A DNA stretch of 64,000 nucleotides from Candidatus Abyssobacteria bacterium SURF_5. Its GTDB lineage: Bacteria; Abyssobacteria; SURF-5. A program made the position numbers and the translations under genes. How positions within the stretch are numbered: position 1 is the stretch's first letter; each line of letters begins with the position of its first letter. The stretch covers positions 7,335 through 71,334 of the forward strand of contig QZKU01000026.1 in NCBI GenBank assembly GCA_003598085.1, read 5' to 3'. This document shows positions 20,216 through 28,380 of the stretch, piece by piece. The notes below the pieces were generated by a model. The model searched no databases. It was not told where the DNA came from and was given only the letters and a program-made list of their open reading frames with translations.

Positions 20216-21033
20216 TTTTTGTAAATGAATTTGCGCTTGTAATTGTTGGTTAAGTTAAATTGATTATTCGCTAAAATTAAATGTGGAAGTTCCTCAAAGG
20301 ATGATATTGTAAAATGTGGACAAATATCCCTTACCGCCGGCATCCAAAATGGCTGAAAGCCACCAGCGAAATAGATAGTGTAGAATCCAGCTTCCTTAGC
20401 AGGCGCTATATCTCGATCAAGCTGGTCTCCGACCATGTAATTTGACTGAGATGCAACATCAAATTCTGCAAGGATCTCTTGATATATCCTCACTTCTTTC
20501 CTTGCAACTAGGATTTTGTGGATGTAATTAGAAAGCTCATACTTATTCAGTAATAATTTGCACTTATCCCGGTTACCTTCCGTTAGGATAACCAGAAGCC
20601 CACCTCGCTGGTGTAATTTCTTTACGCCCTGACGCACCCCAATCCGTAATGGCGGAATTTCCGATTTCAGTTTTTTAATGAACAGCATCTCCATTTCGTT
20701 AATAAAATCTCGGCCCAGCACATCTGTTCCTGTTCTTACTGCTTCTCTCACCGACACGAGGGGAGAATGTCCCGTCAGAGCTAGGGCTAGGGCATTTATT
20801 AGCAATCGCGCAGGATATTCCAAATTATAATTATGCAGTCGCGCTAAATTTTGATCCATCCTTCTCAGAAACGAAAGCTTATCATCCGAGGGAGCAGTAA
20901 CCTTCAAATGCTTTTCGATCTCGGAAAGCAAAATCAATTGGCTTTTCGCATACACCAAATCAGTATCCCATAATGTATTATCTGCATCCAAGACCACTAG
21001 CACTTCTCGGTTCCTTTTAGATTTTGCCTTCAT
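20212..21033 (-). CDS. HAD-superfamily hydrolase/phosphatase. The track ORF extends to 21129; the start is placed at Met MKAKSKRN to avoid overlap with the upstream gene
   Basis: HAD motif I VVLDADNTLWDTD (DxDxT), motif II ILTEGN, conserved Lys, and motif IV GDQLDRD; 4-nt overlap with the TGT-like gene. Confidence 0.72.
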   Translation of the reverse strand: MKAKSKRNREVLVVLDADNTLWDTDLVYAKSQLILLSEIEKHLKVTAPSDDKLSFLRRMDQNLARLHNYNLEYPARLLINALALALTGHSPLVSVREAVRTGTDVLGRDFINEMEMLFIKKLKSEIPPLRIGVRQGVKKLHQRGGLLVILTEGNRDKCKLLLNKYELSNYIHKILVARKEVRIYQEILAEFDVASQSNYMVGDQLDRDIAPAKEAGFYTIYFAGGFQPFWMPAVRDICPHFTISSFEELPHLILANNQFNLTNNYKRKFIYKK

Positions 21034-21053
21034 ATGAACCCTACTTGAAAAAG

Positions 21054-21746
21054 CTACAATGTCTCTGGGAAAACAAACATCAATCCACAAATGACTATCC
21101 ACAAAACAAAAACGATTGTACTTAGCCACAACATAAAAACCCCCAGTTGAAGGGTTTGCAGCTTAATTCGAATTTTATAAGCTATTAAATAAGCCTCATG
21201 AATGTAATGCTTTATATACAGCAATTGAAGTTGATTACTGCAATTGTCGCAAAATGCTGCTGCCCAACCTCTGGGGGTAGCCTCAATTATCTTTGGAAAG
21301 AACAGGAAGGAGGCTGGATTTTTCAAGTCTGCACTTTTCGGAGGTGAACCTTTCGACCAATCATGAGGTACGTTAAATCGTGGTCTAACTGACCAAATTA
21401 TGAAAGAAGCTCCTGAAACTACCAACAGACAGAAGAGACCGAATACGGAATAGAAAAGCCACAATGTCCAACTCCACATTTGATAATTCATCAATGACCC
21501 ATTGTCGTCTTTGGGAAGAAGAGCCACAAAAATTGCTCCTGCGAGAGCGCTTAAGAACGCGGTTGCTGTCAATATCCGGTTGGCCTTTTCGTCTTCATAT
21601 TCCGTAAGGTGCTTTACCTCCTCGAAAGAGGTTTTCGCAAAACTTAGCAGAGCACCAAGGTCTTCTCTTGCAGGATCAAGATTCTTCAGTTCTGAAAATA
21701 TGGGCTCTGAAATCTTCCGGCTTTCAGAAGGGCTAGCCTTAGCCAT
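21054..21746 (-). CDS. Small integral membrane protein (about 60 aa cytoplasmic N-terminus plus 3 predicted TM helices), a candidate membrane effector of the island
   Basis: Hydrophobic segments ILTATAFLSALAGAIFVALL, WTLWLFYSVFGLFCLLVVSGASFIIW and LGVFMLWLSTIVFVLWIVICGLMFVF; no enzymatic motif; AT-rich. Confidence 0.5.
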   Translation of the reverse strand: MAKASPSESRKISEPIFSELKNLDPAREDLGALLSFAKTSFEEVKHLTEYEDEKANRILTATAFLSALAGAIFVALLPKDDNGSLMNYQMWSWTLWLFYSVFGLFCLLVVSGASFIIWSVRPRFNVPHDWSKGSPPKSADLKNPASFLFFPKIIEATPRGWAAAFCDNCSNQLQLLYIKHYIHEAYLIAYKIRIKLQTLQLGVFMLWLSTIVFVLWIVICGLMFVFPETL

Positions 21747-21791
21747 TGATCTCTTTGTCCCTCCCTTGTCTTCCGTTATTCCTTCTCATTA

Positions 21792-22976
21792 TTATGGGAC
21801 TGTTGGCTTGGATTGCTTTTGAGCAGGACAAAAATTCTTGAAATCACATGCTGTGCAGGTTCTAATATTCTGATTAGTCTTCCAGCATTTTCTGATAGCT
21901 ACTCCAGCAATTTCTGCAAGCACGGAAGCCTCAATTTCTTCAACAGTTTGATCAAATCTGGATAAACTAGCTCCTATCGCACTTTTATTCACGGGAATAA
22001 TTCTTATTGAGCGATTTTCTTTGAACGTCCTAGAAAGACTAGGTAAATTGCTGCGTCGGTTCCAGCGTTGGATATTTTCTAGGTCCTTGCCTGTTGCCAT
22101 TATATCAGTTTGGCCTTGGTTGATATCGTTCTTAAGTGCTAGCATATCTTCAATTGATAAAGCTAATTCATTTATATATATGAGTATACCCGCTATTATT
22201 TGCTTTGCGCCCACCTGTTGTGATCGTAGCCAGGAATAGGTGAGAATCTGCCATTCGTGATGTTTCCACGTTTCGTCAACAAAAGAAGGGCGGCGCATGC
22301 CTTTGTAATCGACAATGATTTCATATTCATCAAGGGAAGAAACTTTGAAGTAATGCTGAACATCTGAATGCTGATTCAAATAATGCAGAAGCAGACTTCC
22401 AGATGGAGCATTTACAATGCTAACAGAGCTTATGACATCAATAACGCCCTTCATTCCATAATAATTTGATCTGCTAAGATTGGGATGATAACTTGGCATG
22501 TCTCGACTGCACTTCAATTTCACTTCTGCCTCGGCAATTATTGGAAACAGATGCATTCCCCATGTGTTTATGGCCATTTCTGCTCGCTGGCTAGCAATAA
22601 GTTTATGTGGATGATTGGCGTCGGGACAAAACCCTGGTGTCGTTGCAGAAGAATCAAATGGACAAAAAAGATTTGGCGGAGGTGGAAGACCTCTCGCGAT
22701 CAATCTATCATTAATTTGCGCTTCGACATTACGGATGTCTGATTCCCATAGCCACGGAAATCTTCTCTTTTTTGGCTCGTCACGCCATTCACGATACGCC
22801 TCTTCCATCAATCCATGGATAAATTCACCAAACCACAACTGAACCGGAGTCGATGGTGGGAGGGACCCTTTATTGTAATATCTATACTGAAGGCCGCATG
22901 TTAAGAATGCCAACAAGTCACCCGTCAAGCTGTATTCAGGAATACTATACGGTTTTGGTCGTACAGAAAGAAACAT
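21792..22976 (-). CDS. Cas4/RecB-like PD-(D/E)xK nuclease with a 4Fe-4S cluster cysteine set
   Basis: N-terminal C...YRYY motif (LTCGLQYRYY) typical of the Cas4/AddB nuclease domain. Core MKGVIDVI (Asp) plus IVDYKG (D-x-K). C-terminal Cys triad CTACDFKNFC. 394 aa. Confidence 0.68.
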   Translation of the reverse strand: MFLSVRPKPYSIPEYSLTGDLLAFLTCGLQYRYYNKGSLPPSTPVQLWFGEFIHGLMEEAYREWRDEPKKRRFPWLWESDIRNVEAQINDRLIARGLPPPPNLFCPFDSSATTPGFCPDANHPHKLIASQRAEMAINTWGMHLFPIIAEAEVKLKCSRDMPSYHPNLSRSNYYGMKGVIDVISSVSIVNAPSGSLLLHYLNQHSDVQHYFKVSSLDEYEIIVDYKGMRRPSFVDETWKHHEWQILTYSWLRSQQVGAKQIIAGILIYINELALSIEDMLALKNDINQGQTDIMATGKDLENIQRWNRRSNLPSLSRTFKENRSIRIIPVNKSAIGASLSRFDQTVEEIEASVLAEIAGVAIRKCWKTNQNIRTCTACDFKNFCPAQKQSKPTVP

Positions 22977-22982
22977 TTGCTC

Positions 22983-25331
22983 CTACCTCAAATGTGTCAG
23001 GTTTTGTAGTCCCCTGCCCCAATGCCAGGTATTACCTCTATCCCATCCGGTGCCGATATTGCGGATTCTATTTTTGACGGCATTCAGCCCAACTAGCAAG
23101 AGGACATCCTGAGCTCTACTGAAGGCAACAAAGTAATGTCTAATAAGATCGTCAAATGCTCTATCAAGGGATGAACGTGTTGACGTTCCCAAGGGAGAAA
23201 ACTGCCTCAATTCATCTTCAATCTTACATGTTTTGCCGCCATCTCTTGGGAATCTCTTAAAAGCCTGTCGCCAGTGATTTATCCTAAAATCACTTCCTAC
23301 ATCTACAATTACAAATGGGAATTCCAGTCCTTTTGCCTGATGAATTGACATGATATTAACTCTGTCGCTAGGAAGCGTATCAAGTAGGTCCTCATTGACT
23401 TCTATGGCTCCGCTGGCTAATGGAACAAAGATGTTCCAAAGCGCCTCTTTAACAAAAGCGTGCTCTAGACGGATATCGGCCTTATTTGGGTCGAATAGGA
23501 TTTCTGCTCCGAAGCTTCCAAACAAACCACTCTGATTGATGGATCTAGTTATAGCTTCAAGATAAACCAATCCTTCTATGTCGTCTTGCATGCTAGGTAT
23601 CCAAGTCACAAGCTTATAAACTAGATCATTCAGTGGGACTCTCTCCTTTTTCTGAATTCTTCTCCCCAGAGGAATTCGAGATTGCCAAGATTGAACGAAC
23701 TGTTGAAGATGTTCCTTGTTTGCGAGGTGGTTATTATTGACATAACCCATGGCATGGTCACGCCACGAGTTGAATGTGTTGGCCGCTGTCGTCGGCAGAT
23801 TTGTTAAACTCTTTTGAACGGAACTCCATGGATCAACACATTCCAGAATTAGACCACAAAGCACTTGCACTTCTGGAATTTGTTGAAGGGGACATCCGCG
23901 TGGATTAAAAACTTCAATTCGGGGCGATGCTTCATGTAGTTCAGTTCGTAGGAGAAAGGGAAGTCGCGGTCTATCAGAGTAATCAAATTCTTGCGGAGAA
24001 GAACATAACAAGGCAATATCACCGAGAGAGCCATCTTTGTTCAGCTTAATCGTAGCTGCCTGTCCTTTTTGGGGGATCCGCAGACCTTGTCCTCTCGACA
24101 CTTCTTCAATGAGTACAGCCAAATCATGAGCTAACGATCCGACGTCGTCTCTAAACATACCTAGAATTGGACATTCTTGTGGTTCTGGAATTTGCCGTAC
24201 GTGTTTAATTTTAGGTTTAGAGTTTACGCGAGCTTTCTGAAATTGCTGATCCAAGCCAATGAAGTTATTTATAAATTCTACGATAGTCGGAGTCGACCGA
24301 TAATTTAAAGAAAGATATTTTGGAACTGGTTTGAGATTTAAACATTTGGCCATTCTCTTTTCGAACGACCGAAATAATTCTACTGTTGCACCGCGAAAGC
24401 GGTAAAGCGATTGATCGTCATCTCCGACAACAGTAATGCTTCCCTTGTTAATTAAGGCAGCACGTGTCAATTCAAAGTATATCTTCTCTTGAAGTAGGTT
24501 TGTGTCCTGATATTCATCTATTAGGACGAACTTTATATTTTGAAGAAAGGAGTTTAACTTTTGGGAAAGAATTTGTTGAAAAAACTCTGCTTCTAATTTT
24601 GCAAAATCGTACAAAAGCTTCTTCTGTAATTCTTGATTATATGCAGTGATGGCATCACACGCAATTTGTGCTCCCAAATGCTGAGCCTTCCGTTGGAATG
24701 CAGAAATATCTATTTGGTCATGAAAGAAACGGTCTTTAATTTCTCTTAAAGTAGAACTTAACTCAGGAACATTTAACCCGAAGGTTCCACCTCTTAAAGA
24801 AGCAACATAATTCAGCAGATTTGGGTCCTTGTATCTGCCATTGGAAAAAAGGCCAGTCCGCATCATCAAGGCATTTGAAACAAAATCTTGGACTACGATT
24901 GGCGCAGGAGCACCAGGAGCGCGATAATTTCCTAAAGTCTCTTCAGCTATGCTGTCCAGAGTTCCTGTAATAATCCTGTTGAAATCTAGTGACTTCAACC
25001 TTGATCTTAACTTCTCGTATGATGAATCCTTTAGGAAAGCAGCACGAAGTTGGTCTCCCCATCCTAGAATCCTTGACCTAAGTTCAGCGGCAGCTTTACG
25101 GGTAAAGGTGGTAACCAATACATTCGAGGGGTCCATTTCATCAAGATATATTAACTTCAGCACTCTAAGTGTAATGACAGTTGTCTTACCACTGCCCGGT
25201 CCCGCGATAAGATAAAGCGAGGAACCTTGAGCAGCCTTAATCGCTTCATATTGGCTAAGATTTTTTTCTTTTCGTATGTCTCTCTGAATGAAGGTCAATA
25301 CGGCTTTTTCAAAATCGGGCCAACTAATCAT
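22983..25331 (-). CDS. UvrD/Rep/PcrA-like superfamily-1 DNA helicase
   Basis: Walker A AGPGSGKT, Ia VTTFTRKAAAEL, motif II VLIDEYQDTN, III VVGDDDQSLYRFRGA, IV LSLNYRSTPTIVEF and VI IHQAKGLEFPFVIV; 782 aa; 6-nt gap to the nuclease gene. Confidence 0.88.
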   Translation of the reverse strand: MISWPDFEKAVLTFIQRDIRKEKNLSQYEAIKAAQGSSLYLIAGPGSGKTTVITLRVLKLIYLDEMDPSNVLVTTFTRKAAAELRSRILGWGDQLRAAFLKDSSYEKLRSRLKSLDFNRIITGTLDSIAEETLGNYRAPGAPAPIVVQDFVSNALMMRTGLFSNGRYKDPNLLNYVASLRGGTFGLNVPELSSTLREIKDRFFHDQIDISAFQRKAQHLGAQIACDAITAYNQELQKKLLYDFAKLEAEFFQQILSQKLNSFLQNIKFVLIDEYQDTNLLQEKIYFELTRAALINKGSITVVGDDDQSLYRFRGATVELFRSFEKRMAKCLNLKPVPKYLSLNYRSTPTIVEFINNFIGLDQQFQKARVNSKPKIKHVRQIPEPQECPILGMFRDDVGSLAHDLAVLIEEVSRGQGLRIPQKGQAATIKLNKDGSLGDIALLCSSPQEFDYSDRPRLPFLLRTELHEASPRIEVFNPRGCPLQQIPEVQVLCGLILECVDPWSSVQKSLTNLPTTAANTFNSWRDHAMGYVNNNHLANKEHLQQFVQSWQSRIPLGRRIQKKERVPLNDLVYKLVTWIPSMQDDIEGLVYLEAITRSINQSGLFGSFGAEILFDPNKADIRLEHAFVKEALWNIFVPLASGAIEVNEDLLDTLPSDRVNIMSIHQAKGLEFPFVIVDVGSDFRINHWRQAFKRFPRDGGKTCKIEDELRQFSPLGTSTRSSLDRAFDDLIRHYFVAFSRAQDVLLLVGLNAVKNRIRNIGTGWDRGNTWHWGRGLQNLTHLR

Positions 25332-25350
25332 AGATGCACTTTTTACAACC

Positions 25351-28300
25351 TCACCAGTTCAGCGGCTGCTGCCATGCCCGCTTCAATTGGAATATATCGG
25401 CTGAAAGGATCTTTTGTCTGCCATTTTTCAAGACCAGGAGTGGAGATCGTGTTACTTTTCCCGCTCTGGCAAATGGGACTCCATCCATCATTTGTTCAAA
25501 CTCTTTCGCTTTTCGAGGAGGAACAGTTATCACGAACCGGCTCTGGGACTCGGAGAATAGCAGGTAATCGGCGCGCAGAGGTTCAGGCTGCGGAACGGCG
25601 GACAGATCGGCCGTGATGCCGAATCCGCCGGCAAAGGCGCTTTCCGCAAGCGCGACTCCGAGACCGCCGTCGGAGCAGTCGTGGCACGAGGCGATCAGGC
25701 GGCGATCGATCGCATCCGATACTCTTGAATAAATCTGTCTTGCAAGCTGAGAATTCACCCGCGGTACTGAATTCCCGATGAACCCGTGGTGCGCGAAGTA
25801 TTCGCTGCCGCCCAGTTCATTCTTCGTCACGCCGACCACGTATACGAGGTGGCTTGGCCGCTTCACGTCCATCGAAACGACTTTGCGCACGTCCTCGATC
25901 CGCCCGAGCACCGAGAACAGGAGCGTGGGCGGCACCGATATCTTGATGTCGCCGATCATGTAATCGTTCTTCATGCTGTCCTTGCCCGAGATGCAGGGAA
26001 CATCGTACGCCGTACAATAGTCGTAAAGCGCCATGTTCGAACGGACAAGCTGCGCGAGTTTGTAGTACCCGTCGGGCGTCTTCTCCGATTGCACAGGATC
26101 GGGCCAGCAGAAGTTGTCGAGTCCGGCCAGATACCCAAGCCGGCCGCCGACAGAAATCGCATTTCTCACCGCCTCGTCGATAGCGCAGGCGGTCATGTGA
26201 TATGTGTCGAGGTCGCTGTAGCGCGGGCAGATGCCGCTCGCAACGACCACGCCTTCATATGAATCATACAGAGGCTTCAGGACGGCTGCATCGCCGGGCC
26301 CGTCATTGGAGCTGCCGATAAACGGCTTGAGCGCGCTCAAGCCCTGGACCTCATGATCGTATTGCCGTACAAACGACTCTTTGCTGCACACGTTCAGCCG
26401 CGCCAGCATCTGCTCCAGCAAACGGTTGTAGTCCTGCGGCTCGGGAAGGTCCGGCTCTTCGTGCTTCGGCGCCTTCCAGCGCGCCTGCAAATTCATTCTC
26501 GGCACGCCCTCATGCAGGAAATCCATGTCGAGGTGAGCAACCACCTTACTTTCGTACAGAACCTCAAATTTGCCGGAATCGGCAAATGTTCCAAGCACCG
26601 TCGCTTCGACGTCGCGCCTCCTGGCCAGTTCGAGAAAGCGATCGATCTTTTCGGGATCAACCGCGAGCGTCATTCGCTCCTGCGCTTCCGATAGCAGGAT
26701 TTCCCACGGCTGCAGGCCCTTATATTTCAAGGGCGCCTTCTCAAGTTCGATCCGGCATCCGTTGGAGAAGCGCGCCATTTCGCCGACCGACGACGAAAGG
26801 CCGCCGGCGCCGTTGTCCGTGATCGCGCGGTACAATCCCAGATCGCGGGCCTCAAGCAGGAAATCGGTCATCTTCTTCTGCGTGATCGCGTCGCCGATCT
26901 GAACCGCCGACGTCGGCGACTCGCTGTGAAGTTCTTCGGATGAAAAGGTGGCGCCGTGAATGCCGTCCTTGCCGATCCGACCGCCGGTCATCACGATCAG
27001 GTCGCCCGGCAAAGCGGTCTTTTCATGCGCCGGCTCGCCGAGTATCTCCTTCGGCATGAGCCCGCCTGTCCCGCAGAACACGAGCGGCTTGCCCGCGTAA
27101 CGGTCGTCAAAGAGGATGCTGCCGTTGACATCCGGAATCCCGCTCTGGTTTGCGCCGTCGCGCACGCCACGGTGCACGCCCTTGAAGATGCGCTTCGGAT
27201 GGAGCAGGCGGGGCGGGAGAGGCTTGTCATAATCCGGTGGAGCGAAACAGAACGTGTCCACATTGAAAATCAGACGACACCCCTTGCCGGTGCCGAAAGG
27301 ATCACGGTTGACGCCGACGATGCCGGTTACCGCGCCGCCGTATGGATCGAGAGCTGACGGGCTGTTGTGCGTTTCCACCTTCATGACCAGGTTCCACCTG
27401 TCATTGAAGCGGATGACTCCGGCATTGTCGTGGAAAACCGATACCAGCCACGGAACCCGCTTGGAAATCTCGTCGGTCGAACGTCTGATATACGTCTTGA
27501 ACAGGCCGTTGATTTGGCGCCGGCCCTGTTCGTCCTCATAATCGATGAAGGCGTTGAATATCTTGTGCTTGCAATGTTCCGACCACGTCTGCGCAATGCA
27601 TTCCAGTTCGACGTCTGTCGGCTGATTCGAAAGTCCGTACCTGCTGCGATCGCGAATCGCGTTTTCGCTGCGAAAATAATTGCGGATCACCCGCATCTCA
27701 TCGAGACTGAGCGAAAGGATCCCCTCGCGGCTGATGCGTATCAGCTCCTGGTCGGACACAGCAAGATCGAAAGCCTTGACATGGACTGGCTGCGGTGTCC
27801 CTGCCAACGGAAGCGGGAGTGAGATGCCGCCGGAACGGCGGAATTCATCGGCGTCGGCGATGCGCCACTGTTCGATCAGGCCGTTGGCCAGCAGCCCGCC
27901 GGCGATTCTCTCAACCTGAGCCCGCTCCAGGCGGCCCCGCAAAACATATTGTTTGGCGGTGAAGACGGTGCTCCCGTCCGCGCGCTCTCCAAAGATATCG
28001 ATCATCGCCTCGCGCGAAGTCTTGCCTACATTATCGGTGACTCCGGGTTTGAAGCCGATTTCGATGACCCACGAGAAATCAGAGGCCAGAGGCTGGTCGA
28101 GCGTGGACACATCGATGACGGGATCGGCGAACAGGTGCGTGCGAAGCATGTCGGCGTCGTCGCATCTCAGGCTGGTCAACAGCGTGTATACCCGTATTAG
28201 CCGCGCGTCGTCGACGGCGATATGCAGGTCTTCCACGATATTTTTTCGAATGGCGTCGCCCGCGGCATCGAATTGATCGCGCCGCAGCCCGACTTCTATT

Positions 28301-28380
28301 CTGTAGGTATTAAGATCAATCACGGTTACCGCCGGTACTTTACCTTCCCTGTCCCCGAAACTATTCGCCCGATAGTCCAA
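25351..28380 (-). CDS. purL: Phosphoribosylformylglycinamidine synthase subunit PurL with N-terminal PurS-like domain(s) fused. The annotated start is TTG; an alternative GTG at 28323 sits 2 nt after the purM stop
   Basis: AIR-synthase-related domains (SFGDREG..., PurM-like repeats) with an N-terminus resembling PurS (KPGVTDNVGKTSREAMIDI); 1009 aa. Confidence 0.85.
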   Translation of the reverse strand: MDYRANSFGDREGKVPAVTVIDLNTYRIEVGLRRDQFDAAGDAIRKNIVEDLHIAVDDARLIRVYTLLTSLRCDDADMLRTHLFADPVIDVSTLDQPLASDFSWVIEIGFKPGVTDNVGKTSREAMIDIFGERADGSTVFTAKQYVLRGRLERAQVERIAGGLLANGLIEQWRIADADEFRRSGGISLPLPLAGTPQPVHVKAFDLAVSDQELIRISREGILSLSLDEMRVIRNYFRSENAIRDRSRYGLSNQPTDVELECIAQTWSEHCKHKIFNAFIDYEDEQGRRQINGLFKTYIRRSTDEISKRVPWLVSVFHDNAGVIRFNDRWNLVMKVETHNSPSALDPYGGAVTGIVGVNRDPFGTGKGCRLIFNVDTFCFAPPDYDKPLPPRLLHPKRIFKGVHRGVRDGANQSGIPDVNGSILFDDRYAGKPLVFCGTGGLMPKEILGEPAHEKTALPGDLIVMTGGRIGKDGIHGATFSSEELHSESPTSAVQIGDAITQKKMTDFLLEARDLGLYRAITDNGAGGLSSSVGEMARFSNGCRIELEKAPLKYKGLQPWEILLSEAQERMTLAVDPEKIDRFLELARRRDVEATVLGTFADSGKFEVLYESKVVAHLDMDFLHEGVPRMNLQARWKAPKHEEPDLPEPQDYNRLLEQMLARLNVCSKESFVRQYDHEVQGLSALKPFIGSSNDGPGDAAVLKPLYDSYEGVVVASGICPRYSDLDTYHMTACAIDEAVRNAISVGGRLGYLAGLDNFCWPDPVQSEKTPDGYYKLAQLVRSNMALYDYCTAYDVPCISGKDSMKNDYMIGDIKISVPPTLLFSVLGRIEDVRKVVSMDVKRPSHLVYVVGVTKNELGGSEYFAHHGFIGNSVPRVNSQLARQIYSRVSDAIDRRLIASCHDCSDGGLGVALAESAFAGGFGITADLSAVPQPEPLRADYLLFSESQSRFVITVPPRKAKEFEQMMDGVPFARAGKVTRSPLLVLKNGRQKILSADIFQLKRAWQQPLNW

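Noticed and set aside
20212-21129. N-terminal extension of the HAD gene ORF overlapping the 3-TM gene by 76 nt.
   Set aside because: HAD motif I begins right after the internal Met (MKAKSKRN...VVLDADNTLWDTD), and starting there removes the overlap. The start was therefore placed at 21033.
18444-25350. Searched both cassette junctions for direct repeats (att sites), flanking tRNA genes, integrase/recombinase or transposase genes.
   Set aside because: None were found by eye. The cassette is not called a classical mobile element. Short (under 10 bp) target duplications could have been missed without an aligner.
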